Positions 1-12,015 of a stretch of 64,000 bases of DNA are shown here, piece by piece. The stretch covers positions 9,796,001 through 9,860,000 of the forward strand of contig OZ024745.1 in assembly GCA_964016885.1 (NCBI GenBank), given 5' to 3'. The notes beneath the pieces were generated by a model. It was given only the letters and a program-made list of their open reading frames with translations. It made no database searches and was not told the DNA's origin. The translations under genes were made by a program, and so were the position numbers. The first letter of the stretch is position 1. Each line of letters begins with the position of its first letter. This DNA is from Eledone cirrhosa (taxonomy: Eukaryota).

Positions 1-1531
1 CACCACTGTCTGTCTACACTACCACTGGGTGGGAGCACCACCACCACCACTGTCTGTCTACACTACCACTGGGTGGGAGCAGCACCACCACCACTGTCTG
101 TCTACACTACCACTGGGTGGGAGCAGCACCACCACCACTGTCTGTCTACACTACCACTGGGTGGGAGCAGCACCACCACCACTGTCTGTCTACACTACCA
201 CTGGGTGGGAGCAGCACCACCACCACTGTCTGTCTACACTACCACTGGGTGGGAGCAGCACCACCACCACCACTGTCTGTCTACACTACCACTGGGTGGG
301 AGCAGCACCACCACCACTGTCTGTCTACACTACCACTGGGTGGGAGCAGCACCACCACCACTGTCTGTCTACACTACCACTGGGTGGGAGCAGCACCACC
401 ACCACTGTCTGTCTACACTACCACTGGGTGGGAGCAGCACCACCACCACTGTCTGTCTACACTACCACTGGGTGGGAGCAGCACCACCACCACCACTGTC
501 TGTCTACACTACCACTGGGTGGGAGCAGCACCACCACCAACACAGTCTGTCTACACTACCACTGGGTGGGAGCACCACCACCACCACCACTGTCTGTCTA
601 CACTACCACTGGGTGGGAGCAGCACCACCACCACCACTGTCTGTCTACACTACCACTGGGTGGGAGCAGCACCACCACCACTGTCTGTCTACACTACCAC
701 TGGGTGGGAGCAGCACCACCACCACTGTCTGTCTACACTACCACTGGGTGGGAGCAGCACCACCACCACTGTCTGTCTACACTACCACTGGGTGGCAGCA
801 GCACCACCACCACCACTGTCTGTCTACACTACCACTGGGTGGCAGCAGCACCACCACCACTGTCTGTCTACACTACCATGGGTGGGGGCAGCACCACCAC
901 CACTGTCTGTCTACACTACCACTGGGTGGCAGCAACACCACCACCACTGTCTGTCTACACTACCACTGGGTGGGAGCAGCACCACCACCACTGTCTGTCT
1001 ACACTACCACTGGGTGGGAGCACCACCACCACCACTGTCTGTCTACACTACCACTGGGTGGGAGCAGCACCACCACCACTGTCTGTCTACACTACCACTG
1101 GGTGGGAGCAGCACCACCACCAACACAGTCTGTCTACACTACCACTGGGTGGGAGCACCACCACCACCACCACTGTCTGTCTACACTACCACTGGGTGGG
1201 AGCAGCACCACCACCACCACTGTCTGTCTACACTACCACTGGGTGGGAGCAGCACCAACACCACTGTCTGTCTACACTACCACTGGGTGGGAGCAGCACC
1301 ACCACTGTCTGTCTACACTACCACTGGGTGGGAGCAGCACCACCACCACTGTCTGTCTACACTACCACTGGGTGGGAGCAGCACCACCACCACCACCACT
1401 GTCTGTCTACACTACCACTGGGTGGCAGCAGCACCACCACCACTGTCTGTCTACACTACCACTGGGTGGGAGCAGCACCACCACCACCACCACTGTCTGT
1501 CTACACTACCACTGGGTGGGGGCAGCACCAA

Positions 1532-1535
<4 letters not shown>
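1..1535. repeat. ~44-bp minisatellite (CACCACTGTCTGTCTACACTACCACTGGGTGGGAGCAGCACCAC; length varies by CAC units), followed by (TAC)n at 1536-1594
   Basis: About 34 tandem units seen directly; the array runs off the left edge. Confidence 0.97.
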
Positions 1536-1594
<59 letters not shown>

Positions 1595-1809
1595 AATAAT
1601 GAGTCAGTGAGTGTATAACAGAGAGAGAGAGAAGTGGGAAAGAGATGAGAGAGAGAGGGGTGACATGGGGTGAGAGGGAAGGGAGAGGGTAGAGTGTGTT
1701 TAATTATCTATTTATCATATTTATTAAAAAGAAGGAGGAGCAACTGTTCAGGAAATAGAACAGTTTAGAAAGTTAATTGGAGGGGAATGACAAATGGTAA
1801 GGTACCGTT

Positions 1810-3555
1810 AGGAATGGTAGTGCTGGTAGTGTTGGTGGTAGTGTTGGTGGTAGTGCTGGTAGTGTTGGTGGTGGTGGTAGTGTTGGTGGTGGTGGTGGTA
1901 GTGTTGGTGGTGGTGCTGGTAGTGTTGGTGGTGGTGGTAGTGTTGGTGGTGGTGGTGGTAGTGTTGGTGGTAGTGCTGGTAGTGTTGGTGGTGGTGGTAG
2001 TGTTGGTGGTGGTGGTGGTAGTGTTGGTGGTAGTGATGGTGGTGGTAGTGGTGTCACTGGTGGTGGTGGTGGTAGTGGTGTCACTGGTGGTGGTGGTGGT
2101 GGTGGTGGTGGTAGTGTTGATGGTGGTGGTGGTGGTGGTAGTGTTGGTGGTGGTAGTGTTGGTGGTGGTGGTAGTGTTGGTGGTGGTGGTGGTAGTGTTG
2201 GTGGTAGTGATGGTGGTGGTAGTGGTGTCACTGGTGGTGGTGGTGGTAGTGGTGTCACTGGTGGTGGTGGTGGTGGTGGTAGTGTTGATGGTGGTGGTGG
2301 TGGTGGTAGTGTTGGTGGTGGTGGTAGTGTTGGTGGTGGTAGTGTTGGTGGTAGTGATGGTGGTGGTAGTGGTGTCACTGGTGGTGGTGGTGGTAGTGGT
2401 GTCACTGGTGGTGGTGGTGGTGGTGGTGGTGGTAGTGTTGATGGTGGTGGTGGTGGTGGTAGTGTTGGTGGTGGTGGTGGTAGTGTTGGTGGTGGTGGTA
2501 GTGTTGGTGGTGGTGGTGGTAGTGTTGGTGGTAGTGATGGTGGTGGTAGTGGTGTCACTGGTGGTGGTGGTGGTAGTGGTGTCACTGGTGGTGGTGGTGG
2601 TGGTGGTGGTAGTGTTGGTGGTGGTGGTGGTGGTGGTAGTGTTGGTGTTGGTGGTGGTGGTGGTAGTGTTGGTGGTAGTGATGGTGGTGGTAGTGGTGTC
2701 ACTGGTGGTGGTGGTGGTAGTGGTGTCACTGGTGGTGGTGGTGGTGGTGGTGGTAGTGTTGGTGGTGGTGGTGGTGGTGGTAGTGTTGGTATTGGTGGTG
2801 GTGGTGGTAGTGTTGGTGGTAGTGATGGTGGTGGTAGTGGTGTCACTGGTGGTGGTGGTGGTAGTGGTGTCACTGGTGGTGGTGGTGGTAGTGATGATGG
2901 TGGTGGTGGTAGTGGTGTCACTGGTGGTGGTGGTGGTGGTAGTGGTGTCACTGGTGGTGGTGGTGGTAGTGATGATGGTGGTGGTGGTAGTGGTGTCACT
3001 GGTGGTGGTGGTGGTAGTGATGATGGTGGTGGTGGTAGTGGTGTCACTGGTGGTGGTGGTGGTAGTGATGATGGTGGTGGTGGTAGTGGTGTCACTGGTG
3101 GTGGTGGTGGTAGTGATGATGGTGGTGGTAGTGACGGCAGTGGTGGTGGTGGTGGTGGTGGTGGTGGTGGTAGTGGTGTCACTGGTGGTGGTGGTGGTAG
3201 TGATGATGGTGGTGGTAGTGACGGCAGTGGTGGTGTCACTGGTGGTGGTGGTGGTGGTAGTGGTGTCACTGGTGGTGGTGGTGGTGGTGGTAGTGGTGTC
3301 ACTGGTGGTGGTGGTGGTAGTGATGATGGTGGTGGTAGTGACGGCAGTGGTGGTGTCACTGGTGGTGGTGGTGGTGGTAGTGGTGTCACTGGTGGTAATG
3401 GTGGCGGTGGCAGTGGTGGTGGCAGTGGTGGTAGTGATGGCAGTGGTGGTGGTGGTAGTGGTGTCACTGGTGGTAATGGTGGCGGTGGCAGTGGTGGTGG
3501 CAGTGGTGGTGGTGGTAGTGATGGCAGTGGTGGTGTCACTGGGGGTGGTGGTGTC
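1810..3555. repeat. Compound (GGT)n array with AGT/GTT/GTCACT/GAT interruptions
   Basis: Direct inspection; source of the poly-Val and poly-Pro artefact ORFs. Confidence 0.97.
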
Positions 3556-3627
3556 AGTAGTGAAAGATAAGAGGTAGTAACTATAATTCTCAGTAGAACA
3601 GATGAACTCTTATATTACACATTGTCT

Positions 3628-4288
3628 TCTCTCCCCCTCCTTACCCAACAACACAGTACCTCCTCCCCCTCCTTACCCAACAACACAGTACCTCCTCCCC
3701 CTCCTTACCCAACAACACAGTACCTCCTCCCCCTCCTTACCCAACAACACAGTACCTCCTCCCCCTCCTTCCCCAACAACACAGTCCCTCCCCCAAACAA
3801 CACAGTACCTCATCCCCCTCCTTCCCCAACAACACAGTACCTCCTCCCCTTCCTTCCCCAACAACACAGTACCCCCCTCCCCAACAACAGAGTACCTCCT
3901 CCCCCTCCAACACAGTACCCCCCTTCCCCAACAACACAGTACCCCCTCCCCCTTCCCCAACAACCCAGTACCCCCTCCCCCTTCCCCAACAACACAGTGC
4001 CCCCCCTTTCCCCAACAACACAATACCCCCCACCTTTCCCCAACAACACAGTACCCCCCTCCCCCTTCCCCAACAACACAGTACCCCAGCCCCTTCCTCA
4101 ACAACCCAGTACCCCCTCCCCCTTCCCCAACAACACAGTACCCCCCTTCCCCAACAACGCATTACCCCCCACCCCCTTCCCCAACAACACAGTACCCCCC
4201 CCTTCCCAACAGCACAGTACCCCCTCCCCCTTCCCCAACAACACAGTGCCCCCTCCTTCCCCAACAACACCGTATCACCCCCCCCCAT
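3628..4288. repeat. C-rich ~32-bp minisatellite (CCCCAACAACACAGTACCTCCTCCCCCTCCTT)
   Basis: Recurrent CCCAACAACACAGTACC core; the array degenerates rightwards. Confidence 0.95.
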
Positions 4289-4377
4289 CATATCTACTAC
4301 AATAAAATACTCTACATCTTATTTGTAATTTGTAAAGCAATTGAGAATGATTACTAAGATAGGAAGGGAAAGCAGCT

Positions 4378-4645
4378 ATGGTGATGGTGATGGTGGTGGT
4401 GGTGGTGATGGTGGTGATAATAGTGATGGTGATGGTGGTGATAATAGTGATGGTGATGATGCTGGTGATGATAGTGATGGTGATGGTGGTGATAATAGTG
4501 ATGGTGATGATGCTGGTGATGATAGTGATGGTGATGGTGGTGATAATAGTGATGGTGATGACACTGGTGATAATAGTGATGGTGATGACGGTGGTGATAA
4601 TAGTGATGGTGATGATGGTGGTGATAATAGTGATGGTGATGACAC
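4378..4645. repeat. Compound GAT/GGT repeat (GGTGATAATAGTGATGGTGAT units), continued at 7441-7640 on the far side of a LINE
   Basis: The same unit is present on both flanks of the RTE insertion. Confidence 0.93.
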
Positions 4646-7467
4646 TGGTGAACATAGCTTAGTTGTCCGCGACCTCACAGTCAGAACTAGACGAACCTGG
4701 AAACAGAGGCCAACCTGGAGAAGAAAGATCTGGAAGCTGAAAGACCCCTCAGCCAGTAACAGATTTAAAGATATTTTACTCAACGCCTACGACAGTAAAG
4801 AAGAACAGATAGAGACATTCAATGTAGAAGATAACTGGGAGTTCCTAAAAAATAACTTACTAGAGGCGACGGATGAGGTCTGTGTTTTGAGTAAGATTAC
4901 AAGCAAGAGGAGAGTGAATTGGTGGTGGAACAATAAGGTAGATGAGGCAGTTAAGGCCAAGAGACAGGTATGGAAAGAATGGAAGAACGGGGGGAGCAGG
5001 GTACATTACATAGAGACCAAGAGGGAAGCTAGGCGACAAGTATACTTAGCTAGGAGGGAAGCAGGGGATAGAAAATTCAAGCATGTTTTGCAACGTGAGG
5101 ACCAGAAACAGGAGGTGTTCAAGATTGCGAGGCAGTGTGTCAGATAGAATTGTGATGTCATTGGAGAGAAGTGTATCCGGAATGATAAAGGTGAGGTTGC
5201 CCTCACATGTGCTGAGAAGAAAGATGCATGGAAGAGTCATTATGATAGATTCCCTCCGAAGTCTGCCCCCTATTGGGGAATTTTTCATTGTTATTTTTTG
5301 TTACATCCTCTGTTTTTGTTTTTTACACGCAGAAATGCCCATTTGTACCGTCCTGCATTGTCCTGCACTGTCCTTAATGTCTACTTTATGTAAACCCTTG
5401 TGGTTAATAAAGAAATCATTATGATAGATTCCTAAATGAGGAGAATGTATGGGAAGAAGAGACCCTACCCCAAGTAGACCCTATAGAGGGGCCAGCAGTA
5501 CAAGTCAACAGCAGCGTAGTAAGTAAGGCAATCAAAGATATGAAGATGGGGAAGGCAACCGGTCCATCGGGTATAGCTGCCGAGATGCTGAAGGCATCTG
5601 GGTCTGTAGGTCACACTATAACCACACGTATTGTTAACCAGGTAATACTAGAAGGTGCCATACCAAAAGATTGGTTTCAGTAGCATCATTGTCAACTGCT
5701 ACAAAGGTAAAGGTGATGCACTAGATGGAGGAAACTATAGAGGTATAAAGCTGATGGACCAGGTCATGAAAGTAACAGAAAGAGTTATAGCACAGTTGAT
5801 TAGGGACCGGGTGAAACTAGATGAGATGCAATTTGGGTTTGTACCAGGAAGAGGCACCACTGATGCCCTCTTCCTTGTGTGGCAGTTACAGAAAAGTACC
5901 TAGCTAAAAGTAAGCCACTCTACCTGGCATTCGTCGATCTTGAGAAAGCCTTTGACAGAGTTCCACGTGCTGTAATCTGGTGGGCTCTTAGAAAACTAGG
6001 AGTGGATGAATGGCTTGTGAAAGCGGTACAAGCCATGTATAGGGGAGCAGTCAGAAAAGTTAGGATTAGCAATGAGTATAGCGAGGAATTTAGCGTACAG
6101 GTTGGGGTCCACCAGAGCTCTGTTCTTAGCCCTCTCCTGTTCATCATAGTCCTGCAGGCAATAACGGAGGAGTTTAAGACTGGATGCCCATGGGAACTCC
6201 TGTATGCTGATGACCTCGCACTCATAGCTGAATCTATGGTAGAACTAGAGAAGAAATTCCAAACTTGGAAGCAGGGACTAGAAAGAAAGGGTCTCAAAGT
6301 CAACATGACAAAGACTAAGGTCCTTGTAAGTAGACGAGAAGACAGAACCCAGATACCCTCAGGGAAATGGCCTTGCCCAGTATGTAGGAAAGGTGTAGGT
6401 AGGAACTCCATTCTCTGCCCTCAAATGCAAACAATGAGTACACAAGAGATGTAACGGGATCTCAGGAAGCTTAATTAAGAATGTAGGCTTCATATGTAGC
6501 AGCTGTGCTGGGACAGCAAGCAGCAAACAGCCACAGGAAACAAGTACCACCAATCTCTGGGAGGGCTATGAAGAAACAGTAGACAGCTTCTGCTACCTAG
6601 GTGACCGAATTAGCAGCGGAGGTGGGTGTTCAGAAAGTACAATAACTAGGGTAAGAACGGGATGGAAGAAGTTTAGGGAACTACTACCACTGCTAGCTGC
6701 AAAAGGCTTCTCCCTCAAAATTAAAGGCAGACTGTATGATGCGTGTATCCGAACAGCGATGTTGCATGGTAGTGAGACCTGGGCGCTGAAGGTGGAAGAC
6801 TTACGTAGATTAGAGAGAAACGAAGTCTGCATGCTCCGATGGATTTGTAATACGCGAACGACAAAGCATAAATGAATTGAGAGAGAGACTGATCATAAGA
6901 GGAATCAAATACTGTGTGCAGGAGAGGCGGTTGCGTTGGTATGGACATGTGATGCGTATGACGGATGACAGCTGCATAAAAAGGTGCAGAGCACTAGAAG
7001 TCGATGGAAACCGCGGAGTGGGGAGACCCAAGATGACCTGGGATGAGGTGATAAAACCCGACCTTACCCAATTACACCTCAAAGACAATGACACACAACC
7101 GTGACTTCTGGCGCCACGCAGTAATACAGAGTACCCAACCTCCCATGGGTACAAGCTGAAGCATGTAGACAATATGCCCCCACACCCCCCACCGCAAGGT
7201 GGTTGTGGAGGTGCCACGGCAAAAAAGCACCCAGCCCACACTGTAAAGTGGACGTGTAGGTCCCACGAAAAAGCACCCAGCACTCACTGTAAATGAGGTT
7301 GGTGTTAGGAAGGGCATCCAGCTGTAGAAATCAAGCCAAATCAGCTCCTGTATGAGCAAGGCATGGTCAGCCGACCAGACACTGCCCACCATAGGACAAC
7401 CCGTCTAACCCATGCTAGCGTGGAAGAACAGACGTAAAACGGTGATGATGATGATGATGATGATGAT
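4646..7467 (+). mobile_element. 5'-truncated, decayed RTE-clade LINE (family A) with (GAT)n tail
   Basis: Frameshifted ORF pieces 4341-5147, 5655-5903, 5879-6454 and 6877-7104 carry the end of the endonuclease, NYRGIKL, QFGF, FVDLEKAFD, LYADD and RLRWYGHV. The 3' UTR ends GACGTAAAACGGT(GAT)n. Confidence 0.95.
5254..5415 (+). mobile_element. Short 3' end of a second LINE family inserted into RTE-A, with a 17-bp TSD
   Basis: TCATTATGATAGATTCC is duplicated at 5237-5253 and 5416-5432. The insert ends CCCTTGTGGTTAATAAAGAAA. A related copy lies at ~51870-52211. Confidence 0.88.
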
Positions 7468-7639
7468 GGTGGTGATAATAGTGATGGTGATGATGGTGAT
7501 AATAGTGATGGTGATGGTGGGGATAATAGTGATGGTGGTGGTGATAATAGTGATGGTGATGGTGGTGGTGATAATAGTGATGGTGATAATAGTGATGGTG
7601 ATGGTGGAGATGGTGGAGATAATAGTGATGGTGATGATA

Positions 7640-7760
7640 GAATGCCTTGTGGTATTTGTTTCGACTCTCTGGTCTCTGAGTTCAAATCCTGCCAAAGTCA
7701 ACTTTGCCTTTCATCCATTCAAGGTTGATAAAAAGATACCAGTTTAGTACTGGGGTCAAT
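7640..7760 (+). mobile_element. Partial tRNA-derived SINE (family 2)
   Basis: B-box GAGTTCAAATCC followed by ACTTTGCCTTTCATCC...GATAAAA..TACCAG, as in the full copy at 55402. Confidence 0.75.
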
Positions 7761-8204
7761 TCTTGCTCTGTATTTCTTTCTCACTTCCATTCTCTCACTC
7801 TCTATCCTGTGGAAGAAATGTGTATTTAGACCAGGAGAAGGATCAGCCCCACTAGATTTAAAAGAGATGTCCTAGAAAGGCCATATGTTAATATGGTGCC
7901 GGATGACTCCCTCAGGAGTTAGGGAATCATGCATGATAAGGATGATGATGACAACACTGATGATTACATAAGATTGTGATGATAATAGGGTGGTGTCATT
8001 GATTATAATGGTTGTGACTATTGACCTATGACGAAAACATGGACAGTCAGAGAAAGAAGACTGTGCTGGTATGGACATGTGGTGCAACATGGATGATGAT
8101 TGTTGGGTGAAGAAGTAGTAAAAGTTCCCAGTGGAAGGAAGCTGCCCAACATTCTGCTGACATTACCAAGCCAAAGCCCTACATCAACTTAATGGTTTCT
8201 AATT

Positions 8205-8400
8205 TAGGTGCAAGATTAATTTTTGGGATAGGGGTCAATTACATTAACCCCAGTGTGCCACTGGTATTTTATTTTATGAATTCTTTAAGGATGAAAGGCA
8301 AAGCTAACCTTGGTGGGTTTGAACACAGAATGTAAAGAGCTGTAACTCTATGCCACAGTGCATGTTTGATACTCTTCTAATACTGCCAATCCACAGCCCT
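8205..8400 (-). mobile_element. Decayed SINE, family 2
   Basis: GGATGAAAGGCAAAG...TTTGAACACAG...TACTGCCAATCCAC is the reverse complement of the family-2 body and head. Confidence 0.7.
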
Positions 8401-8626
8401 ACACACACTTAATGAGAGAAAGTTAGTTATTTTACTAAATTAATTGAAATACATCAGCCGTGTAATTGAAACACATCAGCCGTGTAATTGAAACACATCA
8501 GCCGTGTAATTGAAATGAGTAGCCAGAGGGTTCATCTGATGTTTTATTGATATATGGGAAAAAGTTAAAGATGCAGGATCCAAGACACACATCTATGTGT
8601 GTGTGTGTTTGTGTGTACATATACAT

Positions 8627-8960
8627 GGAGGCACATGGCTTAGTGGTTAGAGCATTGGTCTTGCAATCAAAAGGTTGTGAGTTCAATTCTCAGACCGGGT
8701 GATGTGTTGTTTCCTTGAGCAAGACACTTTATTTCACATTGCTCCAGTTTACTCAGCTGTAGAAATGAGATGATAGAGACTGGGGTCCATATCATTCCAC
8801 TGCAAAGTGGTCATGGAGGTGCCACAGCAAAAAAGCACCCAGCACTCACTGTAAATGAGGTTGGTGTTAGGAAGGGCATCCAGCTGTAGAAATCGAGCCA
8901 GAATCAGTTCCCGTCCCACCCTTGCAAGCAGAGAAAAAGCAGACGTAAAATGAAATGATG
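8627..8960 (+). mobile_element. tRNA-derived CORE-like SINE (family 1) with RTE-derived 3' end
   Basis: A-box TGGCTTAGTGG and B-box GAGTTCAATTC; CORE-like CCTTGAGCAAGACACTTTATTTCAC..GCTCCAGTTTACTCAGCTG; the 3' part matches RTE 3' UTRs and ends in a TGA/GAT tail. Confidence 0.88.
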
Positions 8961-9122
8961 ACATACATACATACATATATATATAAAGAAAGGGAGTGAG
9001 AGAGCATACATTCAACAGATAGATGAAATTAGAATAAGGGAAGAGAAGAAATTCAGTCAAGTGTGAAAAAATAAGAGAGGAGCTACCAAGTTCAATGAAA
9101 TCTTCATAACAAAAGTACTGAC

Positions 9123-9164
9123 CTTGTTGGTTGTAAAGGCATCCCATACCAACATCTTTCCATC
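9123..9164 (-). CDS. GNB5: G protein subunit beta-5, third coding exon (42 nt; DGKMLVWDAFTTNK)
   Basis: Acceptor CCTATTTTCAG, donor GTCAGT, phase 0/0. Matches Gbeta5 DGKVIVWDSFTTNK and is in frame with the previous exon. Confidence 0.95.
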
Positions 9165-9574
9165 CTGAAAATAGGAGAAAATACAGAAATATATATATAA
9201 AACACATTAAGATGACAGAAGTTCTGAAATCATTTAATATTTACAATTGTTTCAACACAAAGTTTTTCTTCAAACACAGACACTTCCTGTTCTAAGAAAA
9301 TCAAGATGGTTTTGTCAGAGCCATTATAAAATGTTCCTAGAACATACTGTGAAGTAGTTAGAATTAGGAAGAGCATCCATCTGTAGAAACCAAGCCCCAA
9401 ACAGTGTATACAAGCAGAAGATATGGTCTTGACTTGACCAGTCAAGCCTCATAATGTGACAGTCTGACTCATGCAAGTATGGGAGATAAATGTTAAAAAG
9501 TGATGTTGAAGGTAATGAATCTTCGATCTTAGAGTGATCAGCAAAAACTTATTTAAATGTTCAGTTTATAGATT

Positions 9575-10394
9575 ACTAGCATTAAAGCCCGGCGTTGCTT
9601 GGGGTCATTAAGTTACCAAAGTTAGGTTGCACCACCCATTTTATGGCAGCACTTTTTTGTCTGCCAGGCACTGGGTGAATGAATTGCAGACCTGGAAGCA
9701 GGAGCTGCGCTAGCAGTGACAATTGTAGTTTTGCCTATGGATATTATCTCTGTGCAAAAAAGTGTTGAAATTTATTGTTTCATAGTACTTGCGCAACACG
9801 CGCGTAGACGATGCCAGCCGAACAACAGAGCTGCGATGGAGTTGTTCTGCATGGTTGTCTGTGTGTTTTCTAAATTTAAGACAGTAGGGAGGGTTGTGAT
9901 ATGAGGGAGAGTTAGCTGTTGTTTCTAGCAGGTTTAGTGACCTCATAGAGGATATGTGTTTTCTAAATTTAAGACAGTAGGGAGTGGTGTGGGGAGGGGT
10001 GTGATATGGGGGAGAGTTAGCTGCTGTTTCTAGCAGGTTTAGTAACCTCATAGAGGATATGTGTTTTCTAAATTTAAGACAGTAGGAAGTGGTGTGAACG
10101 GACAGTATCACCATCAAGCTTGGAAAGAGAAAGTAGCAGAAAGTATGAAGTTGTATAGATTTTGAATGGTAGTAGAAAGAGTTCAGCAGTTTAAATGAGA
10201 GAGAAAAATCGTAAAATATTGAGTTTTATCTATTTTTTGCGTAATTGTGGGTGAAATTGAAAAAATTATCTGCGTGAAGACGCAATCGAAACTATTTCGA
10301 ATACTGAATTGTAAATTTCAATTGAAGAAATTCTATATCGTAGATTTCTATAACGAAGGAGCATGACCACACACTGAGCTTTATAGATTATGAT
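9575..10394 (+). mobile_element. Non-autonomous Helitron/Helentron (DINE-1/HINE-like) element with nested ~93-bp repeats at 9860-10095
   Basis: Starts ACTAGC..AGCCCGGCGTTGC and ends CTGAGCTTTATAGAT. These termini resemble DINE-1-like elements (recognition from memory). No coding capacity. Confidence 0.45.
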
Positions 10395-10579
10395 AAGGAA
10401 ATGCTATAGATATTTAACTTAACTGAGTTCTTTATCATAAGATCAGTACACTGAATGTCAGAGATGAAAGCGGTTCCTCAGTCAATGCATCAAAACAAGT
10501 TTGTAATTTGTAAACAAAACAAAGGGGAGATAACTACACTAGGTTATTTTATTGCTAGATAACTGGTTTAGAAGAGATA

Positions 10580-10747
10580 CCGTATTTCCCGGTGTCAAAG
10601 ACGCTACTTTTTTCCTGAAATAAGTCTCAAAAATTTACCATGCGTCCTGGAGGCCAAAGGTTGTTTATTATTTTTTTTCAAATTTTTGGTTGTCAAAATC
10701 AGGGTGTGTCCTTGGGGATGAAGCGTCTTTGGCGCCAGGAAATACGG
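10580..10747. mobile_element. Tc1/mariner-superfamily MITE (Tc2/pogo-like TIR)
   Basis: TIRs CCGTATTTCCCGGTGTCAAAGACGC / GCGTCTTTGGCGCCAGGAAATACGG, flanked by TA on both sides. Confidence 0.85.
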
Positions 10748-11017
10748 TACATAGTATCTCTGTTTGTCATAAGAAGTGACTAAAAAGGCTGGTGTCAAGA
10801 AGGACATCTGGCTTTAAAACAATGCCTCAACAAATCCCATCCAACCCATGCCAACATGGAAAAGATGATGTATTTTTTCTTAGGCAGCGAGGCTACACAT
10901 GTTTATTGTATATGAGCACGTATATGATATATATAGAGAGAGATGAGGAGCAAGGAAAATGGACGTTGAATGATGATGAGTAAATTTTTGAAATAAACTT
11001 CTTTCTAGTTAACCTAC

Positions 11018-11154
11018 CTGAGACGAGCTTACTATATGTCGTTTGTCAGTTGACCAGTCCATACATAAAACTTTTCCTTGGTGACCTTTCAGATGCCGAC
11101 GGGGTTTTATATTAAATGTTGGTACATTCTCCAGTTTTTGTGCCACCACTGTCA
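11018..11154 (-). CDS. GNB5: G protein subunit beta-5, second coding exon (137 nt; [45 protein letters not shown])
   Basis: Acceptor TTTGTATTCTAG, donor GTAGGT. The translation matches Gbeta5 [35 protein letters not shown] and SSSQ distinguish it from Gbeta1-4 (KIYAMHW, SASQ). Confidence 0.96.
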
Positions 11155-11474
11155 CTAGAATACAAAGTGTAAAATAAACATTAAGATGCTACATAAGAAT
11201 ATATTTGAAACGCTTGAGTAAATATTTTTTTCTTGCCATATTTTTACTGAACTACACTTTATGTGTTTCAGTTAATTTTGAAAATTATCAAAGATTTGGC
11301 AGAATTTAATATTAATTTTTTTCATTAGTAAACTGATGTTTGCAGCATCAATTAAGAAATATCTTACATAAAATTATGTTGGAAAGTTTTAATAAAAGTA
11401 TAAACATTTTAAAATGAGTAGTTTTATATCAAGGAGTATACAACTATGTCATAAAACCCATCATAAAATGATTC

Positions 11475-12015
11475 CATCATCATCATAATCGTCATTTTTA
11501 CGTCCATTTTTTTCTATGCTCACATGAGTTGGATGGATCCTTTTCAACACAGCATCCCTCCACTTGTCACATTCCTTCGTCATCTCCTCTGTGAATCTCA
11601 GTGATTTAAGATGAGCTCTCCCCACCTACCCCCAGGTTTTCCTAAGTCTACTTCTACAGTAGCTTCACTCCACTGGGATTTCCTGGCACTTCTTCACCTA
11701 GCAATCATCATCCATGCACATCACATGTCTGTACTAATGCAGTCTTCTCTCTTGCACACCATTTCAGATTCCTCTTAAACCCAGTTTCTCCCTCAGTTCA
11801 TCCAACCTCTGCCTTTCTCTCATATTTACATTGTGCATCCTATGAAGCATGGTTGCTTCATTTTTTTCCAGCCTAGGCATGTCCTCCACAGTCACAGTCC
11901 ATGTTTCACTACTATGCAACATTTTGCACACTGGCATCATACAGCTGTGCTTTTGAGGGTAGAGAGAAACCTTTAGGTTTCAGTAGTGGGAGTAATTCTC
12001 TAAACGTCTTCCATC
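11475..12015 (-). mobile_element. Old RTE 3' fragment (family C)
   Basis: (CAT)n tail on the + strand; the reverse strand gives decayed LHSSETW / RRLH..HVM / EIPV.GS motifs. Confidence 0.75.

Noticed and set aside
29-4783. Long ORFs (529, 508, 497, 588, 596, 251 aa etc.) rich in His/Thr/Pro/Val
   Set aside because: They are translations of stop-free tandem repeats, open in several frames or strands at once, inside a GNB5 intron, with no splice or domain evidence.
8627-8700. tRNA gene-like sequences (also ~20780, ~31335, ~55415)
   Set aside because: They have A/B boxes but no paired acceptor stem and continue into SINE bodies, so they are SINE heads.
1-9122. Search for GNB5 exon 4 (EHAVTMP..WVMACAY)
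   Set aside because: No matching minus-strand exon found by eye; it most likely lies left of the window.
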